From: an uncultured Mycoplasmatota bacterium
GTDB taxonomy: Bacteria > Bacillota_I > Bacilli_A > RF39 > UBA660
Reading direction: 5' to 3'
NCBI GenBank assembly: GCA_900548725.1
Contig: URLV01000001.1
Location: 3,591 to 67,590 of the forward strand
DNA length: 64,000 bases
Notes under the pieces: model-generated
Databases searched by the model: none
Told to the model about the DNA's origin: nothing
The model's input: only the letters and a program-made list of their open reading frames with translations
Part shown: positions 31,570-41,846 of the stretch, one piece after another
How positions within the stretch are numbered: the stretch's first letter is position 1
Layout: each line of letters begins with the position of its first letter
Program-made: the position numbers and the translations under genes

Positions 31570-31644
31570 TTATTCTTTATCTAAGAAGAGTAATATTAAA
31601 ATAACAATGATTCTATTCATAAATTTTTCTAAATTTTTGAACAC
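31570..31644 (-). CDS. 24-aa hydrophobic peptide (V/M)FKNLEKFMNRIIVILILLFLDKE, copy 1 (GTG start), candidate type I toxin
   Basis: The RBS is TAAGGTGGTGAtatt-GTG. The peptide is identical to copy 2 except for the start codon. Its 3' end converges on the sRNA terminator. Confidence 0.45.
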   Translation of the reverse strand: MFKNLEKFMNRIIVILILLFLDKE

Positions 31645-31811
31645 AATATCACCACCTTACTACTTTTACTCTTTATTAATTCGGTTAGTAAGGTAGACAT
31701 CAACCCAGACGTTCGATTTGTTATACTAATACAATATAATAATAAATTAAAGGCTTTCGGCAAAACTTATAAAAACTTACCAAAATATTACAAAAAATGA
31801 CAAATAAAAAA

Positions 31812-31840
31812 TTGAATAAAAATAACCTATATTATATAAT
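31812..31840 (+). promoter_or_regulatory. putative promoter TTGAAT-N17-TATAAT for the YfhO-like gene
   Basis: The hexamers have 17-nt spacing. RBS AGGTGA and the ATG at 31859 follow downstream. Confidence 0.35.
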
Positions 31841-31858
31841 TTTAATTAGGTGATACTT

Positions 31859-34411
31859 ATGAAAAACTTTTTAAAAAAATATGGATATTTAATAGCAGTA
31901 TTTATATTAGGAATATCAATAATATCTACAATATACATTTTACAAAAAGTTGCACCATTTGGTAGAAATTCACTTCTAACAATAGATTTCTTTCATCAGT
32001 ACGGACCCATGCTAGCAGAACTATACGACAGAATAAAAAAAGGGGCAAACATTATTTATAGTTTTAATACAGGATTAGGATTACCATATTTTAGAAACTT
32101 TTTTAATTACTTATCATCACCACTAAATATAATAATGTTTTTATTCAAAAGAAAAAATATTATAATGTCTTATTCAATAATAATAGGTTTAAAAAGTATA
32201 TTATCTTGTATAACATGTTCATACTATATACATAAAAAATTTAATACAAACAAATTATATATGATAGGAATATCACTTCTATACGGATATTCAGCATACT
32301 TTACAGCATATTATTGGAATATAATGTGGTTAGATGGAATGTATATTCTTCCTTTAATAACACTAGGTATAGAAAATATAATTAATAAAGATAATGGGGT
32401 TTTATACACACTATCTCTAACATTAATGTTGTTTACAAATTATTTTATAGGTTATATGACATGTATTTATTCATGTATATATTTCTTATCATATTTAATA
32501 ATAAAAACAAAAAAATTTAACATTAAAAATATATCAAAAAAATGTTTAAAATTTGCACTTTGTTCTTTAACTTCTGGTTTACTATTAGCATTTGAACTAA
32601 TACCAATGTATGAATCTTTAAAAAGTACAAATGCAACTATGGGGACTATTCCAACAGACCAATACTATGCATTTACTATAATTAACTTTTTCAAAAATCA
32701 TTTAACTGGAATAACAAAAACAGTATTTGCATCAGACATATCAAATGCTCCAAACGTATCATGTGGAATACTTTCTATAGGATTATATCTATTATTCTTA
32801 CTTAACAAAAAAATAAACATTAAAAGAAAAATAATATACACATTAATTCTTATATTCTTATTAACTTCATTTTATGTTGCTCCTTTAGATTATATATGGC
32901 ATGCATTCCATGTACCAAATGATTTGCCATACAGATACTCATTTATGTATAGTTTTATACTTATATTAATAAGTGCTTATTCACTCAAAACTATAAAAGA
33001 AATATCATTTATAAAAGTATTAATAACATATGTTATTTGTTTATTATTCATAACATTTGTATACCTAACAAAATATAACAATATAACATCAAATATGATA
33101 ACAATAAATTATTTATTAATATCAACTTATTTCTTAATCTATACTTTATATCATTTTTATCCAAAATTTAAAAACTTAAGTACAATATTATTTATAACAG
33201 TTTGTTCTATAGAATGTGTAATATCTGTAAATCATAATTGGGATATTTTACAATATATAGATGAATTTTATTCAACATACAATAACGTACATAATAGCAT
33301 AAATGAAATTAAAGAAAAAGATAATGAACTATTTTATAGAACAGAAAAAAATACAATACTAACACTTAATGATGGAGCATGGTATAACTATTACGGACAA
33401 AGTACATTTACATCAATGGCATATAATAGCCTAGCAGAATTAAATAATGATTTAGGACAACCAGGTAATAGAATCAATAGTTATTATTATAAACAAAATA
33501 CTCCAGTATACGATTTAATGTTTGATATAAAATATATGATTGGAAAAAATAATGACGATAAAAGATATGATCTAGAGCTAAATAAAAATAACACTTTAAC
33601 ATATAAATTTAATTACACAACAGGATTGATGTTTGGTGTAAATAAATCAATAAAAAAATGGACCAATAATTTTATTAATCCAATAGAATATCAAAATGAT
33701 TTTATAAATTATGGAACAAATATAGAGAATGTATTTCATAGATTAACACTCAACAACAAAGAAATAATATCAAAAGATAAAAAAGAAACAATAATAAAAT
33801 ATAATTACATAAACGAATATGACAATATATACTTATATTCAAATAATTCATCCATTAACTACATTATAATTAATGATAAAATATATTATAAAAATGATAT
33901 AAATATTAGTGATATTCAAATAAAATTAAATAAATCATTTAAAGAATGTAATATATATGATGAAGAATATGTTATAAATACAATATCAAATGATAGCAAT
34001 ATAGAAGTATATGTATCATATAAATCATATTTAAATGAAGAAATAGATATTTATACTATAGATAACAATAAATTTACAAAAGCCTATAACATACTAAATT
34101 CAAATAGAATAAACGTCACTGATTTCAAAGAAAATAACATAAAAGGAAACATTACTCTTTTAAATGATACTTCAATCTATACTTCAATACCATACGATAA
34201 AGGATGGAAAGTATATTCAAATAATAGAGAAATTAAAACTTATAAAATTAATGATAGTCTATTAGGATTTGATTTAAAAAAAGGAGAAAACAACATAGAA
34301 TTAAAATATATTCCTAACAATTTAGATATAGGTATATCTATAAGTATTACAACACTAATAATTACCATAACATATTTAGTAATCAAGAAAAAACAACAAA
34401 TAAAGGCTTAG
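31859..34411 (+). CDS. YfhO-family large polytopic membrane protein (putative glycosyl/glycolipid transferase-type)
   Basis: It has about 13 N-terminal TM segments, a large C-terminal extracytoplasmic domain and a final TM. Length is ~850 aa, typical of Firmicute YfhO. Confidence 0.5.
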   Translation: MKNFLKKYGYLIAVFILGISIISTIYILQKVAPFGRNSLLTIDFFHQYGPMLAELYDRIKKGANIIYSFNTGLGLPYFRNFFNYLSSPLNIIMFLFKRKNIIMSYSIIIGLKSILSCITCSYYIHKKFNTNKLYMIGISLLYGYSAYFTAYYWNIMWLDGMYILPLITLGIENIINKDNGVLYTLSLTLMLFTNYFIGYMTCIYSCIYFLSYLIIKTKKFNIKNISKKCLKFALCSLTSGLLLAFELIPMYESLKSTNATMGTIPTDQYYAFTIINFFKNHLTGITKTVFASDISNAPNVSCGILSIGLYLLFLLNKKINIKRKIIYTLILIFLLTSFYVAPLDYIWHAFHVPNDLPYRYSFMYSFILILISAYSLKTIKEISFIKVLITYVICLLFITFVYLTKYNNITSNMITINYLLISTYFLIYTLYHFYPKFKNLSTILFITVCSIECVISVNHNWDILQYIDEFYSTYNNVHNSINEIKEKDNELFYRTEKNTILTLNDGAWYNYYGQSTFTSMAYNSLAELNNDLGQPGNRINSYYYKQNTPVYDLMFDIKYMIGKNNDDKRYDLELNKNNTLTYKFNYTTGLMFGVNKSIKKWTNNFINPIEYQNDFINYGTNIENVFHRLTLNNKEIISKDKKETIIKYNYINEYDNIYLYSNNSSINYIIINDKIYYKNDINISDIQIKLNKSFKECNIYDEEYVINTISNDSNIEVYVSYKSYLNEEIDIYTIDNNKFTKAYNILNSNRINVTDFKENNIKGNITLLNDTSIYTSIPYDKGWKVYSNNREIKTYKINDSLLGFDLKKGENNIELKYIPNNLDIGISISITTLIITITYLVIKKKQQIKA

Positions 34412-34453
34412 TAAATTAAAACTAAACCTTTTTTTAAATACAATAATCATTTA

Positions 34454-35398
34454 TTAATCATCTAAATTAATATCTCTAATAAATAATTTTTTAACATTCT
34501 TTTTAGGCATCATTACATCAAAATCATTAACTGTACTAAAATTATATTCTAGTACTGCCCTATCTAATTTATCACCATCAATACACCAAGCTTTTTTAGG
34601 ATATTGTAAAAATTTGAAATTTATCTCATTAGTTTTATAAAATTCTATACCACTAATGTTATTAGGATCATGATCTATTAACAATCTTAAAGCTTTTATA
34701 ATACTTCTCCTACTAGGAAAATTACATAACAATACTTCAAATTGATTATCATCTAATTTAACATCTTTATAAAAATTATTTATACCAGCAATCCTATTAG
34801 CGTTACTAACCAATATAAAAGAATAATATCCACTTTTTTTAAGTCCATTAACTTCAAAATCTATATAATAAGATTTTATAGGTCTAAAATAATCTTTAAT
34901 ACCCTCTATTAAATAAGCAAAATAACCATATTTCTTTTTTAAATATCTAGGAGTATCATAAGCAATATTAATAAATTTACCTAATCCAGCAACATAAACA
35001 AATGGTCTTTCATTTACAATACATATATCAATTTTTTTTACTTCACCTTCAAGAAGTAATTTTAAATTTGCTTCAAAGTTTTTTCCATACCCAAACATTG
35101 TACCAACATCATTACATGTTCCAACTGGAATGTTTGCAATTAAAAGTCTATTAGTTCTTAAATAGTTTCCAGTAACTACTTCATTAAATGTTCCATCTCC
35201 ACCAACACTAACAACTAAATCAACATATTCCAAATGACTTACTATTTCTTTAGCATGTCCTGCATATTGTGTTGGAACAATCTTTAAATTATATCCATAC
35301 TCTGGAAATATTTTTTTTGCACTTTTTAAATTCTCCTCATTCATTGTATGTCCGCTATTGGGATTATATATCATAACACATTGTTTCAAATAGATCAC
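34454..35398 (-). CDS. diacylglycerol/lipid kinase catalytic-domain protein (YegS/DagK/BmrU family); GTG start
   Basis: The motifs are MIYNPNSG...VVSVGGDGTFNEVVTG (DAGK_cat GGDG). Confidence 0.7.
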   Translation of the reverse strand: MIYLKQCVMIYNPNSGHTMNEENLKSAKKIFPEYGYNLKIVPTQYAGHAKEIVSHLEYVDLVVSVGGDGTFNEVVTGNYLRTNRLLIANIPVGTCNDVGTMFGYGKNFEANLKLLLEGEVKKIDICIVNERPFVYVAGLGKFINIAYDTPRYLKKKYGYFAYLIEGIKDYFRPIKSYYIDFEVNGLKKSGYYSFILVSNANRIAGINNFYKDVKLDDNQFEVLLCNFPSRRSIIKALRLLIDHDPNNISGIEFYKTNEINFKFLQYPKKAWCIDGDKLDRAVLEYNFSTVNDFDVMMPKKNVKKLFIRDINLDD

Positions 35399-35461
35399 CC
35401 TTTCACAATTAGTATAATATAAAAAATAAAATTTTACAAAACAAAAAGGACAAAAGTGTCC

Positions 35462-35854
35462 TTAATCATTGATTTCAATGACAGTTTTATTATCTTGTTT
35501 TTCTTCTTTAGGAACAGTTATACATAATGTACCATTATTAAATTTAGCATTAATTAAACTAGCATCAACATCTCCAACATAGAATGATCTTGAATATTCA
35601 CCATAACTTCTTTCTTTTCTAATATAGTTTTTATCGTTATCTTCTTCAGTTTCTTCTTTTTTTGCAGTTATAGTTAAATAACCATTTTTACATTCTACAT
35701 TAATGTCTTTCTTATCAAATCCAGGTACATCAACTTCAATATTACATTTACCATCTTTTTCATAAATATCACATTTCATAACTGATCCATCCTTTGAACT
35801 AACAAAATCATCAAAAAAATCATCTAAATAATACTTTCTAGGTATTAAACTCAT
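35462..35854 (-). CDS. Hsp20/alpha-crystallin family small heat-shock protein
   Basis: The C-terminal alpha-crystallin domain reads ...GYLTITAKKEE...FYVGDVDASLINAKFNNGTLCITVPK. Confidence 0.8.
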   Translation of the reverse strand: MSLIPRKYYLDDFFDDFVSSKDGSVMKCDIYEKDGKCNIEVDVPGFDKKDINVECKNGYLTITAKKEETEEDNDKNYIRKERSYGEYSRSFYVGDVDASLINAKFNNGTLCITVPKEEKQDNKTVIEIND

Positions 35855-35894
35855 ATATCTCTCTTCCTTTCACAATTATAATTATACCACTATT

Positions 35895-35921
35895 TTAGCA
35901 CTTGTCAATACTATGTGCTAA
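35895..35921. promoter_or_regulatory. CIRCE-like HrcA operator TTAGCACTT-N9-ATGTGCTAA upstream of hsp20
   Basis: It is close to the CIRCE consensus TTAGCACTC-N9-GAGTGCTAA. It is nearly identical to the 27-mer upstream of htpG. Confidence 0.55.
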
Positions 35922-35950
35922 TTTTTTTTAAAAAATTTAAAAAAAGTACC

Positions 35951-36793
35951 CTATATTAGTATACCTACAACTTCAATAAATATACCAACGAGTACTCCAA
36001 TTAAATATAAAGTTAAACAAATACATAAATTTTCCTTAATATTTTTATTAGATTTAAATAAAACTAACAAAGCAACTCCACTACCAGCTAATAAACCAGC
36101 CATACATGTTCCTAAATTAATTGCTCCCTTTAAAAACATTTCAGTTAAAATAACACTTGCACCACAATTAGGTATTAAACCAACTAATGAACCCAAAAAA
36201 GGTCCAAACAAAGTATCTTTCATAAATATTTTACTAATTAAATCATTACCACAATATAAAAATATAACATTTAATATAAAACTAACACCAATAATAAATA
36301 TTAATATATTAAAAGTGTGTTTTAAACTAGATTTAACAATACCATGATCACAATGACAATGTTCTTCCTCACATATATGATAATCATATTTATTTTTATT
36401 ATTCTTTCTAATAACTAAATCTATAACAAAACCAAATAAAATACCAGAAATAACTTTTATTAAAATTACTATTAATATAGTTTTAAAATTAACATTTTGA
36501 CTTAACATAATAGGAAGCATTTCATCACTGGTAGATAGATAAATAGAAAACAAAGTTCCTAAAGAAATAACACGTGTTATATATAAATTAGTTGCAACAA
36601 CAGAAAAACCACATTGTGGTATTACTCCAAGTAAACTACCAATTATAGGTCCAACTTTACCAGATTTACTTATAACATTTTTAGTTTTATTATTTAATTT
36701 ATGTTCTAAAAGTTCCAATAACAAAAAAGTTATAAAAAGAAATGGTAATATTTTCAAAGCATCAACTAATGTATCAATTATTATATCTTTCAT
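35951..36793 (-). CDS. polytopic membrane permease with central His/Cys-rich loop (putative metal transporter)
   Basis: There are 8-10 TM segments with repeated GVIPQCG / GLIPNCGASV motifs and a loop HICEEEHCHCDHG. The specific family is uncertain. Confidence 0.35.
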   Translation of the reverse strand: MKDIIIDTLVDALKILPFLFITFLLLELLEHKLNNKTKNVISKSGKVGPIIGSLLGVIPQCGFSVVATNLYITRVISLGTLFSIYLSTSDEMLPIMLSQNVNFKTILIVILIKVISGILFGFVIDLVIRKNNKNKYDYHICEEEHCHCDHGIVKSSLKHTFNILIFIIGVSFILNVIFLYCGNDLISKIFMKDTLFGPFLGSLVGLIPNCGASVILTEMFLKGAINLGTCMAGLLAGSGVALLVLFKSNKNIKENLCICLTLYLIGVLVGIFIEVVGILI

Positions 36794-36855
36794 AAAAGTC
36801 CTCCAAACAAATGAGATTATATATTAATATAAAAGAAAAGTCAATTTATTTTAAA

Positions 36856-38439
36856 TTAACTCTCTATTCCAAATCTTTCTATATATTCTTCATAACTAAT
36901 TTCTTTATCTCTTATTGTACCATCTTTTTTTATTTCTATAAGTCTATTACAAACAGTATCAATTATCTCTTCATCAAACGTACTTATTACTAATGAACTT
37001 TTATATCTTTCTAAGCCTTCATTAAGTGCAGTTATACTTTCAATATCTAAATGATTAGTAGGTTCATCTAATAACAAAACATTTCCATGATTTAACATAA
37101 CTTTTGCAAACATACATCTAACTTTTTCTCCACCAGATAATACTTTTACATCTTTAAAAACTTCTTCTCCACTAAATAACATTCTACCTAAGAATCCTCT
37201 AACAAAAGTATCATCAGTACTATCAGTAAATTGTCTTAACCAATCCATCATATTCATACTATTTTGAAAATATTTATCATGATTTTTTTCATAATAAGAC
37301 ATTTTGACTGTTGAACCTAATTTAACACTACCAGAGTCAGGTTCTAATTCCCCACTAATTATATTAAGAAGAGTAGTTTTAGCAATCTCATTATTACCAA
37401 TAAGTGCTATCTTATCACCTTTTCTAATAACAAACTTCACATTATGTAAAATATCTTTATAGCAAACATTATCCACAATAACAACATCATTACCTAATTC
37501 TCTTTCAATATCAAAATTAATATATGGATATTTTCTACTACTAGGTTTAATTTCATCTAATTTTATTTTTTCTAACGCTTTCTTTCTACTAGTAGCTTGT
37601 TTACTTTTACTAGCATTAGCACTAAATCTTCTAATAAAATCCTCTAATTCTTTTATCTTATCTTCTTTTTTCTTATTAGAATCTTTCATTTGTTGTTGTA
37701 TTAATTGACTAGATTTATACCAAAAATCATAATTACCTACAAACATAGTAATCTTTTCATAATCTATATCAACCATATGAGTACAAACTTTATTTAAAAA
37801 AGCTCTATCATGGCTAACAACTAACACAGTATTTTTAAAGTTAATTAAAAATTCTTCTAGCCACATCTTACTTTTTACATCTAAACCATTTGTAGGTTCA
37901 TCTAAAAGAAGAACATCAGGATCACCAAATAAAGCACTAGCAAGTAATACTTTAACTTTATCACTATCTTTTAATTCTTGCATTTCAAGATAAAATAAAT
38001 CTTTACTAACTCCTAAACCATTTAATAATTTTTCGGCATCACTTTCAGCATCCCAACCATTCATGTTTAAAAATTTATCTTCTAACTCTGCAACTCTAAT
38101 TCCATCCTCATCTGTAAAATCAGTTTTACTATATATTTCTTCCTTTTCCTTTATAATTGAATATAACTCCTTATTTCCCATAATAACAGTATCAATTACT
38201 TTATAATTATCATATAAATTATGATTTTGAACCAAAGTAGATATACGTTCACCTTTACCAAGTATTATTTCTCCATTTGTAGGATCTATTCTTCCATCCA
38301 ATATTTTTAAAAAAGTACTTTTACCAGCTCCATTAGCGCCAATTATTCCATAACAATTGTCTTTTAAAAACTCTAAATTTACATTTTTAAATAAAGTCTT
38401 AGTAGTAAATCTTAATTCTAAATCTATAACCTTTAACAT
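36856..38439 (-). CDS. ABC-F family ATPase (two tandem ABC domains, no TM); start at ATG with RBS AGAGGTGA
   Basis: It has Walker A GANGAGKST and GNNEIAKTT, and LSGGEK signatures in both halves. Confidence 0.8.
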   Translation of the reverse strand: MLKVIDLELRFTTKTLFKNVNLEFLKDNCYGIIGANGAGKSTFLKILDGRIDPTNGEIILGKGERISTLVQNHNLYDNYKVIDTVIMGNKELYSIIKEKEEIYSKTDFTDEDGIRVAELEDKFLNMNGWDAESDAEKLLNGLGVSKDLFYLEMQELKDSDKVKVLLASALFGDPDVLLLDEPTNGLDVKSKMWLEEFLINFKNTVLVVSHDRAFLNKVCTHMVDIDYEKITMFVGNYDFWYKSSQLIQQQMKDSNKKKEDKIKELEDFIRRFSANASKSKQATSRKKALEKIKLDEIKPSSRKYPYINFDIERELGNDVVIVDNVCYKDILHNVKFVIRKGDKIALIGNNEIAKTTLLNIISGELEPDSGSVKLGSTVKMSYYEKNHDKYFQNSMNMMDWLRQFTDSTDDTFVRGFLGRMLFSGEEVFKDVKVLSGGEKVRCMFAKVMLNHGNVLLLDEPTNHLDIESITALNEGLERYKSSLVISTFDEEIIDTVCNRLIEIKKDGTIRDKEISYEEYIERFGIES

Positions 38440-38561
38440 AATTTCACCTCTAAAAACGATTATATTATATTTTACCACAGTGTGAAACTATTTTCTCATA
38501 TTTTATTAAAAAAGTTTCACACCACAAAAAAACAAACATCAAAAAAAATAGACCATAAAGT

Positions 38562-40433
38562 CTATTTTGAAATCAAATCACATATTAAATTACTTATCTC
38601 AGTAGGATTATTTATTCCAAGTCCTTCTATAAGTCTTGCTTCACTATATAAAACTTTACTATATTTCTTTAATTCTTCTTTATCAGTTTCATATAATGAT
38701 TTTAATTTGTTAGCAATAGGATGATTTTCATTAATTTCTAGTACTATTTCTGCATTAACACTTTCATCTCCTGGCATAGAATTAATTACTTTTTGCATTT
38801 CAACAGAAACATTACCTTTACTTGTTAAACATACAGGATGATTTTTTAACTTACCAGTAAATCTAACACCACTAATACCAATAGTATCTTTCATTAAAGT
38901 TAATAAATCTTTATTATCAGTATTTAATTTTTCAATATCTTCCTTTTTATCTTCCAAATCTAAATCAGCATCACTAACATTTTTAAAGCTTTTACCATCA
39001 TATTCTCTTAATGCTTGTAATGTAAATTCATCTACATAATCAGTTAAATATAATATTTCATAATCTTTATCTTTAACTTGTTCTATTTGAGGAAGTAAAT
39101 CTATCTTATCAACACTTTCACCACTAGCATAATAAATATCTTTTTGGTCTTCTTTCATATTAGAAACATATTCTTTTAAAGTAATTAGATCTTTAGTCTT
39201 ACTAGAATTAAACATTATTAAATCTTGTAACTTATCTTTATCCATTCCATAATTATTATAAATACCAAATTTAATATTAGTTCCAAATACCTTAAACATC
39301 TTTACATAATTTTCTCTGTCATTTTCTAACATATCTTTAAATTCTTTAATTATCTTATTTTCAATATTTTTAGCAATTAAATTAACTGCTTTTGTTTTTT
39401 GAAGCATCTCACGGCTTATATTTAAAGATACGTCCTCAGTATCAATTACACCTTTTATAAAACTAAAATAATCAGGTAATAATTCACTACATTTATCCAT
39501 AATTAATACACCATTAGAATATAAACTTAATCCTTTTTCATATTCTTTAGTATAAAAATCATAAGGTGCATGGCTTGGTACAAACAATAATCCTTTATAA
39601 CTAACAGCACCTTCTACACTAGTACTTATAACTTTTAAAGGTTTCTCATAATCATAATAAGTATCAGTATAATAATGTTCATATTCTTCGTCACTAACAT
39701 CTTTTTTATTCTTTTTCCAAATAGGAATCATACTATTAATAGTTTCAATTTCTTTAACGGTTTCATATTCATCACTATCATCTTTTTTATGACTATGACT
39801 TACTTCCATCTTAATTGGATATCTAATATAATCACTATATTTTTTAATCAAATCTTTTAATTTGAACTCAGTTAAATAATCATCATAATTATCATCATCT
39901 GTATTATCTTTAATATGTAAAATTATATCAGTACCAACACTACTTTTATCACATTTTTCTAACGTATAACCCTCTAATCCCTTAGAATTCCATCTATAAG
40001 CATCCTCACTATCATAAGATTTACTTATAACAGTAATTTCATCTGCTACCATAAATGCACTATAAAAACCTACACCAAATTGACCTATTATATCAATATC
40101 TTTATTCTTTACTTCATTCATTTCTTTAAAAGCTAAAGAACCACTTTTAGCAATAGTACCTAAATTATTCTCTAAGTCACTTTCACTCATACCACAACCA
40201 TTATCACTAACAGTTATAGTTCTTAAATCTTTATCAAAATTAATATTAATTTCTAAATCATCTTTATTAACTTTAATAGATTTATCAGTTAAACTTTTAT
40301 AATATAATTTATCTATTGCATCACTAGCATTACTAATTAATTCTCTTAAAAATATATCTTTATTAGTATATATAGAATTAATCATTAAATCTAACAACCT
40401 TTTTGATTCACTTTTAAATTCTCTTTTTTTCAT
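38562..40433 (-). CDS. htpG: molecular chaperone HtpG (Hsp90)
   Basis: It has the GHKL ATPase N-terminus (FLRELISNASDA, GQFGVGFYSAFMVAD). Length is 623 aa. Confidence 0.9.
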   Translation of the reverse strand: MKKREFKSESKRLLDLMINSIYTNKDIFLRELISNASDAIDKLYYKSLTDKSIKVNKDDLEININFDKDLRTITVSDNGCGMSESDLENNLGTIAKSGSLAFKEMNEVKNKDIDIIGQFGVGFYSAFMVADEITVISKSYDSEDAYRWNSKGLEGYTLEKCDKSSVGTDIILHIKDNTDDDNYDDYLTEFKLKDLIKKYSDYIRYPIKMEVSHSHKKDDSDEYETVKEIETINSMIPIWKKNKKDVSDEEYEHYYTDTYYDYEKPLKVISTSVEGAVSYKGLLFVPSHAPYDFYTKEYEKGLSLYSNGVLIMDKCSELLPDYFSFIKGVIDTEDVSLNISREMLQKTKAVNLIAKNIENKIIKEFKDMLENDRENYVKMFKVFGTNIKFGIYNNYGMDKDKLQDLIMFNSSKTKDLITLKEYVSNMKEDQKDIYYASGESVDKIDLLPQIEQVKDKDYEILYLTDYVDEFTLQALREYDGKSFKNVSDADLDLEDKKEDIEKLNTDNKDLLTLMKDTIGISGVRFTGKLKNHPVCLTSKGNVSVEMQKVINSMPGDESVNAEIVLEINENHPIANKLKSLYETDKEELKKYSKVLYSEARLIEGLGINNPTEISNLICDLISK

Positions 40434-40470
40434 TCATAACATCTCCCATAACTAAGTTATATAATATATT

Positions 40471-40497
40471 TTAGCACTTGTCAATAGTTTGTGCTAA
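40471..40497. promoter_or_regulatory. CIRCE-like HrcA operator TTAGCACTT-N9-TTGTGCTAA upstream of htpG
   Basis: It is the same 27-mer (25/27) as upstream of hsp20. A TATAAT-like hexamer is adjacent. Confidence 0.55.
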
Positions 40498-40530
40498 TTA
40501 ATTTTAAGAAAAAAAGTAGTTAACAAACTA

Positions 40531-41070
40531 CTAATAATTTTCTTTCTTTATTTCAAAATAACTTTGTGGGTGACTACATACAGGACAAACTTCTGGAGCA
40601 TTTTTTCCTATACAAATATGTCCACAATTTCTACATTGCCAAATTTTATCCCCATCTTTAGAGAATACTAATTCATTATCAACATTACTTAATAATGCTC
40701 TATATCTTTCTTCATGATGCTTTTCAATTTCAGCTACACCTTCAAATAAATTAGCAATTCTATCAAATCCTTCTTCACGTGCAGTTTCTGCAAACTCTTT
40801 ATACATATCAGTCCATTCAAAATTTTCTCCATTTGCAGCATCTAATAAATTTTCACTAGTACTAGGAACTTCTCCACCATGCAATTCTTTAAACCACATT
40901 TTAGCATGTTCCTTTTCGTTATCAGCAGTTTCTAAAAATATTTCTGCTATTTGTTCAAACCCATCTTTTTTAGCTTTACTAGCATAATAAGTATATTTGT
41001 TTCTTGCTTGACTTTCTCCTGCAAAAGCAGCCATTAAATTAGCTTCTGTTTTACTTCCTTTTAATTCCAT
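40531..41070 (-). CDS. rbr: rubrerythrin
   Basis: It has an N-terminal ferritin-like diiron domain (E..EH motifs) and a C-terminal rubredoxin-like CRNCGH...CPVCSHP. Confidence 0.85.
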   Translation of the reverse strand: MELKGSKTEANLMAAFAGESQARNKYTYYASKAKKDGFEQIAEIFLETADNEKEHAKMWFKELHGGEVPSTSENLLDAANGENFEWTDMYKEFAETAREEGFDRIANLFEGVAEIEKHHEERYRALLSNVDNELVFSKDGDKIWQCRNCGHICIGKNAPEVCPVCSHPQSYFEIKKENY

Positions 41071-41074
41071 TTTT

Positions 41075-41443
41075 TCATTTCTCCTTCTCTAAACATTCTT
41101 TACATTTTCCAATAAAACTTAAATCGTAATTCATTACTTCATAATCTTTTATATTAGGTAATTTTTTTATATAATCATACATAACATCATCTATTTTACC
41201 ACAAATACTACATACAACATGAGCATGAATTATATTTTTATCAAATCTATCAACACCATCACTCATTTTTAATCTAATAATTTTATTCTCATCAACCAAA
41301 TTATTTAGATTTCTATATACAGTACCTAAACTAATATTAGGAATTACTTTTCTTGCTTCCAAATAAACTCCATTTGCATTTAGATGATTAAAACTATTAT
41401 TTATTATATTAAGTATTACTTCTTTTTGTTTAGTATTTCTCAA
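41075..41443 (-). CDS. Fur-family transcriptional regulator (PerR-like by context); TTG start
   Basis: It has a winged HTH and C-terminal [13 protein letters not shown]...CKEC. It lies 4 bp upstream of rbr. Its RBS is AGAGGTGA. Confidence 0.75.
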   Translation of the reverse strand: MRNTKQKEVILNIINNSFNHLNANGVYLEARKVIPNISLGTVYRNLNNLVDENKIIRLKMSDGVDRFDKNIIHAHVVCSICGKIDDVMYDYIKKLPNIKDYEVMNYDLSFIGKCKECLEKEK

Positions 41444-41454
41444 ACAATCACCTC

Positions 41455-41477
41455 TTATTAGTAATGATTACTAATAA
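41455..41477. promoter_or_regulatory. perfect 23-bp palindrome TTATTAGTAAT-g-ATTACTAATAA, candidate Fur/PerR box
   Basis: It lies 12 bp upstream of the fur-family start, abutting the RBS. It resembles the Per box 7-1-7 TTATAATnATTATAA extended to 11-1-11. Confidence 0.45.
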
Positions 41478-41672
41478 AACTATACTACATTTTAAACTAC
41501 AATGCAATAAAAAAAGACAATATTTGTCACAATTTGATAAGTTTTTAGAAGTTTTGTCGAAAGTCTTTAAATTAAAATTAATTTATATTAATATAACTAA
41601 TCGAACGTCTGGGTTGATGTCTACCTTACTAACTGAATTATTAAAGAGTATAAGCAGTAAGGTGGTGATATT

Positions 41673-41747
41673 ATGTTCAAAAATTTAGAAAAATTTATGA
41701 ATAGAATCATTGTTATTTTAATATTACTCTTCTTAGATAAAGAATAA
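41673..41747 (+). CDS. 24-aa hydrophobic peptide MFKNLEKFMNRIIVILILLFLDKE, copy 2 (ATG start), candidate type I toxin
   Basis: The RBS is GTAAGGTGGTGAtatt-ATG, close to the Firmicute consensus AAGGAGGTGA. The TAA stop lies 10 nt before the shared terminator stem. Confidence 0.45.
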   Translation: MFKNLEKFMNRIIVILILLFLDKE

Positions 41748-41757
41748 TTAAATTAAA

Positions 41758-41840
41758 ATAAAAACATCCGCCACTCAGTTAGGACGGATTTCTACTCTCA
41801 AGGTAGACAATCTAACCTACAGGGGGTAGACGTTCTACTT
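41758..41840 (-). ncRNA. candidate small RNA copy 2 (convergent to the peptide ORF), with minus-strand intrinsic terminator
   Basis: The minus-strand promoter TTGACA-N17-TATTAT lies at 41847-41875. The terminator stem is CATCCGCC..GGACGGAT followed by TTTTTATTTT on the minus strand. Confidence 0.45.
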
Positions 41841-41846
41841 AATCAA

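Larger units (their letters stand above)
31474..31735. repeat. repeat copy 1 (~260 bp, about 93% identical to the reverse complement of 41586-41847)
   Basis: I aligned the two copies by eye. The element has terminal inverted repeats gaacgtct...agacgttc. One 14-nt internal segment is variable (tttgttggtcagac versus tgagagtagaa). Confidence 0.8.

Noticed and set aside
36811-38724. Plus-strand ORFs of 60 aa and 80 aa overlapping the ends of the ABC-F and htpG genes
   Set aside because: They overlap conserved minus-strand genes. They have no RBS and are low-complexity.
39675-39860. Plus-strand 61-aa ORF inside htpG
   Set aside because: It is a shadow ORF.
41464-41688. Plus-strand 74-aa ORF spanning the fur upstream region into repeat copy 2
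   Set aside because: It runs across the palindromic operator and the element's promoter and SD region. There is no counterpart at copy 1. The 24-aa peptide ORF with its strong SD is the better-supported coding feature here.
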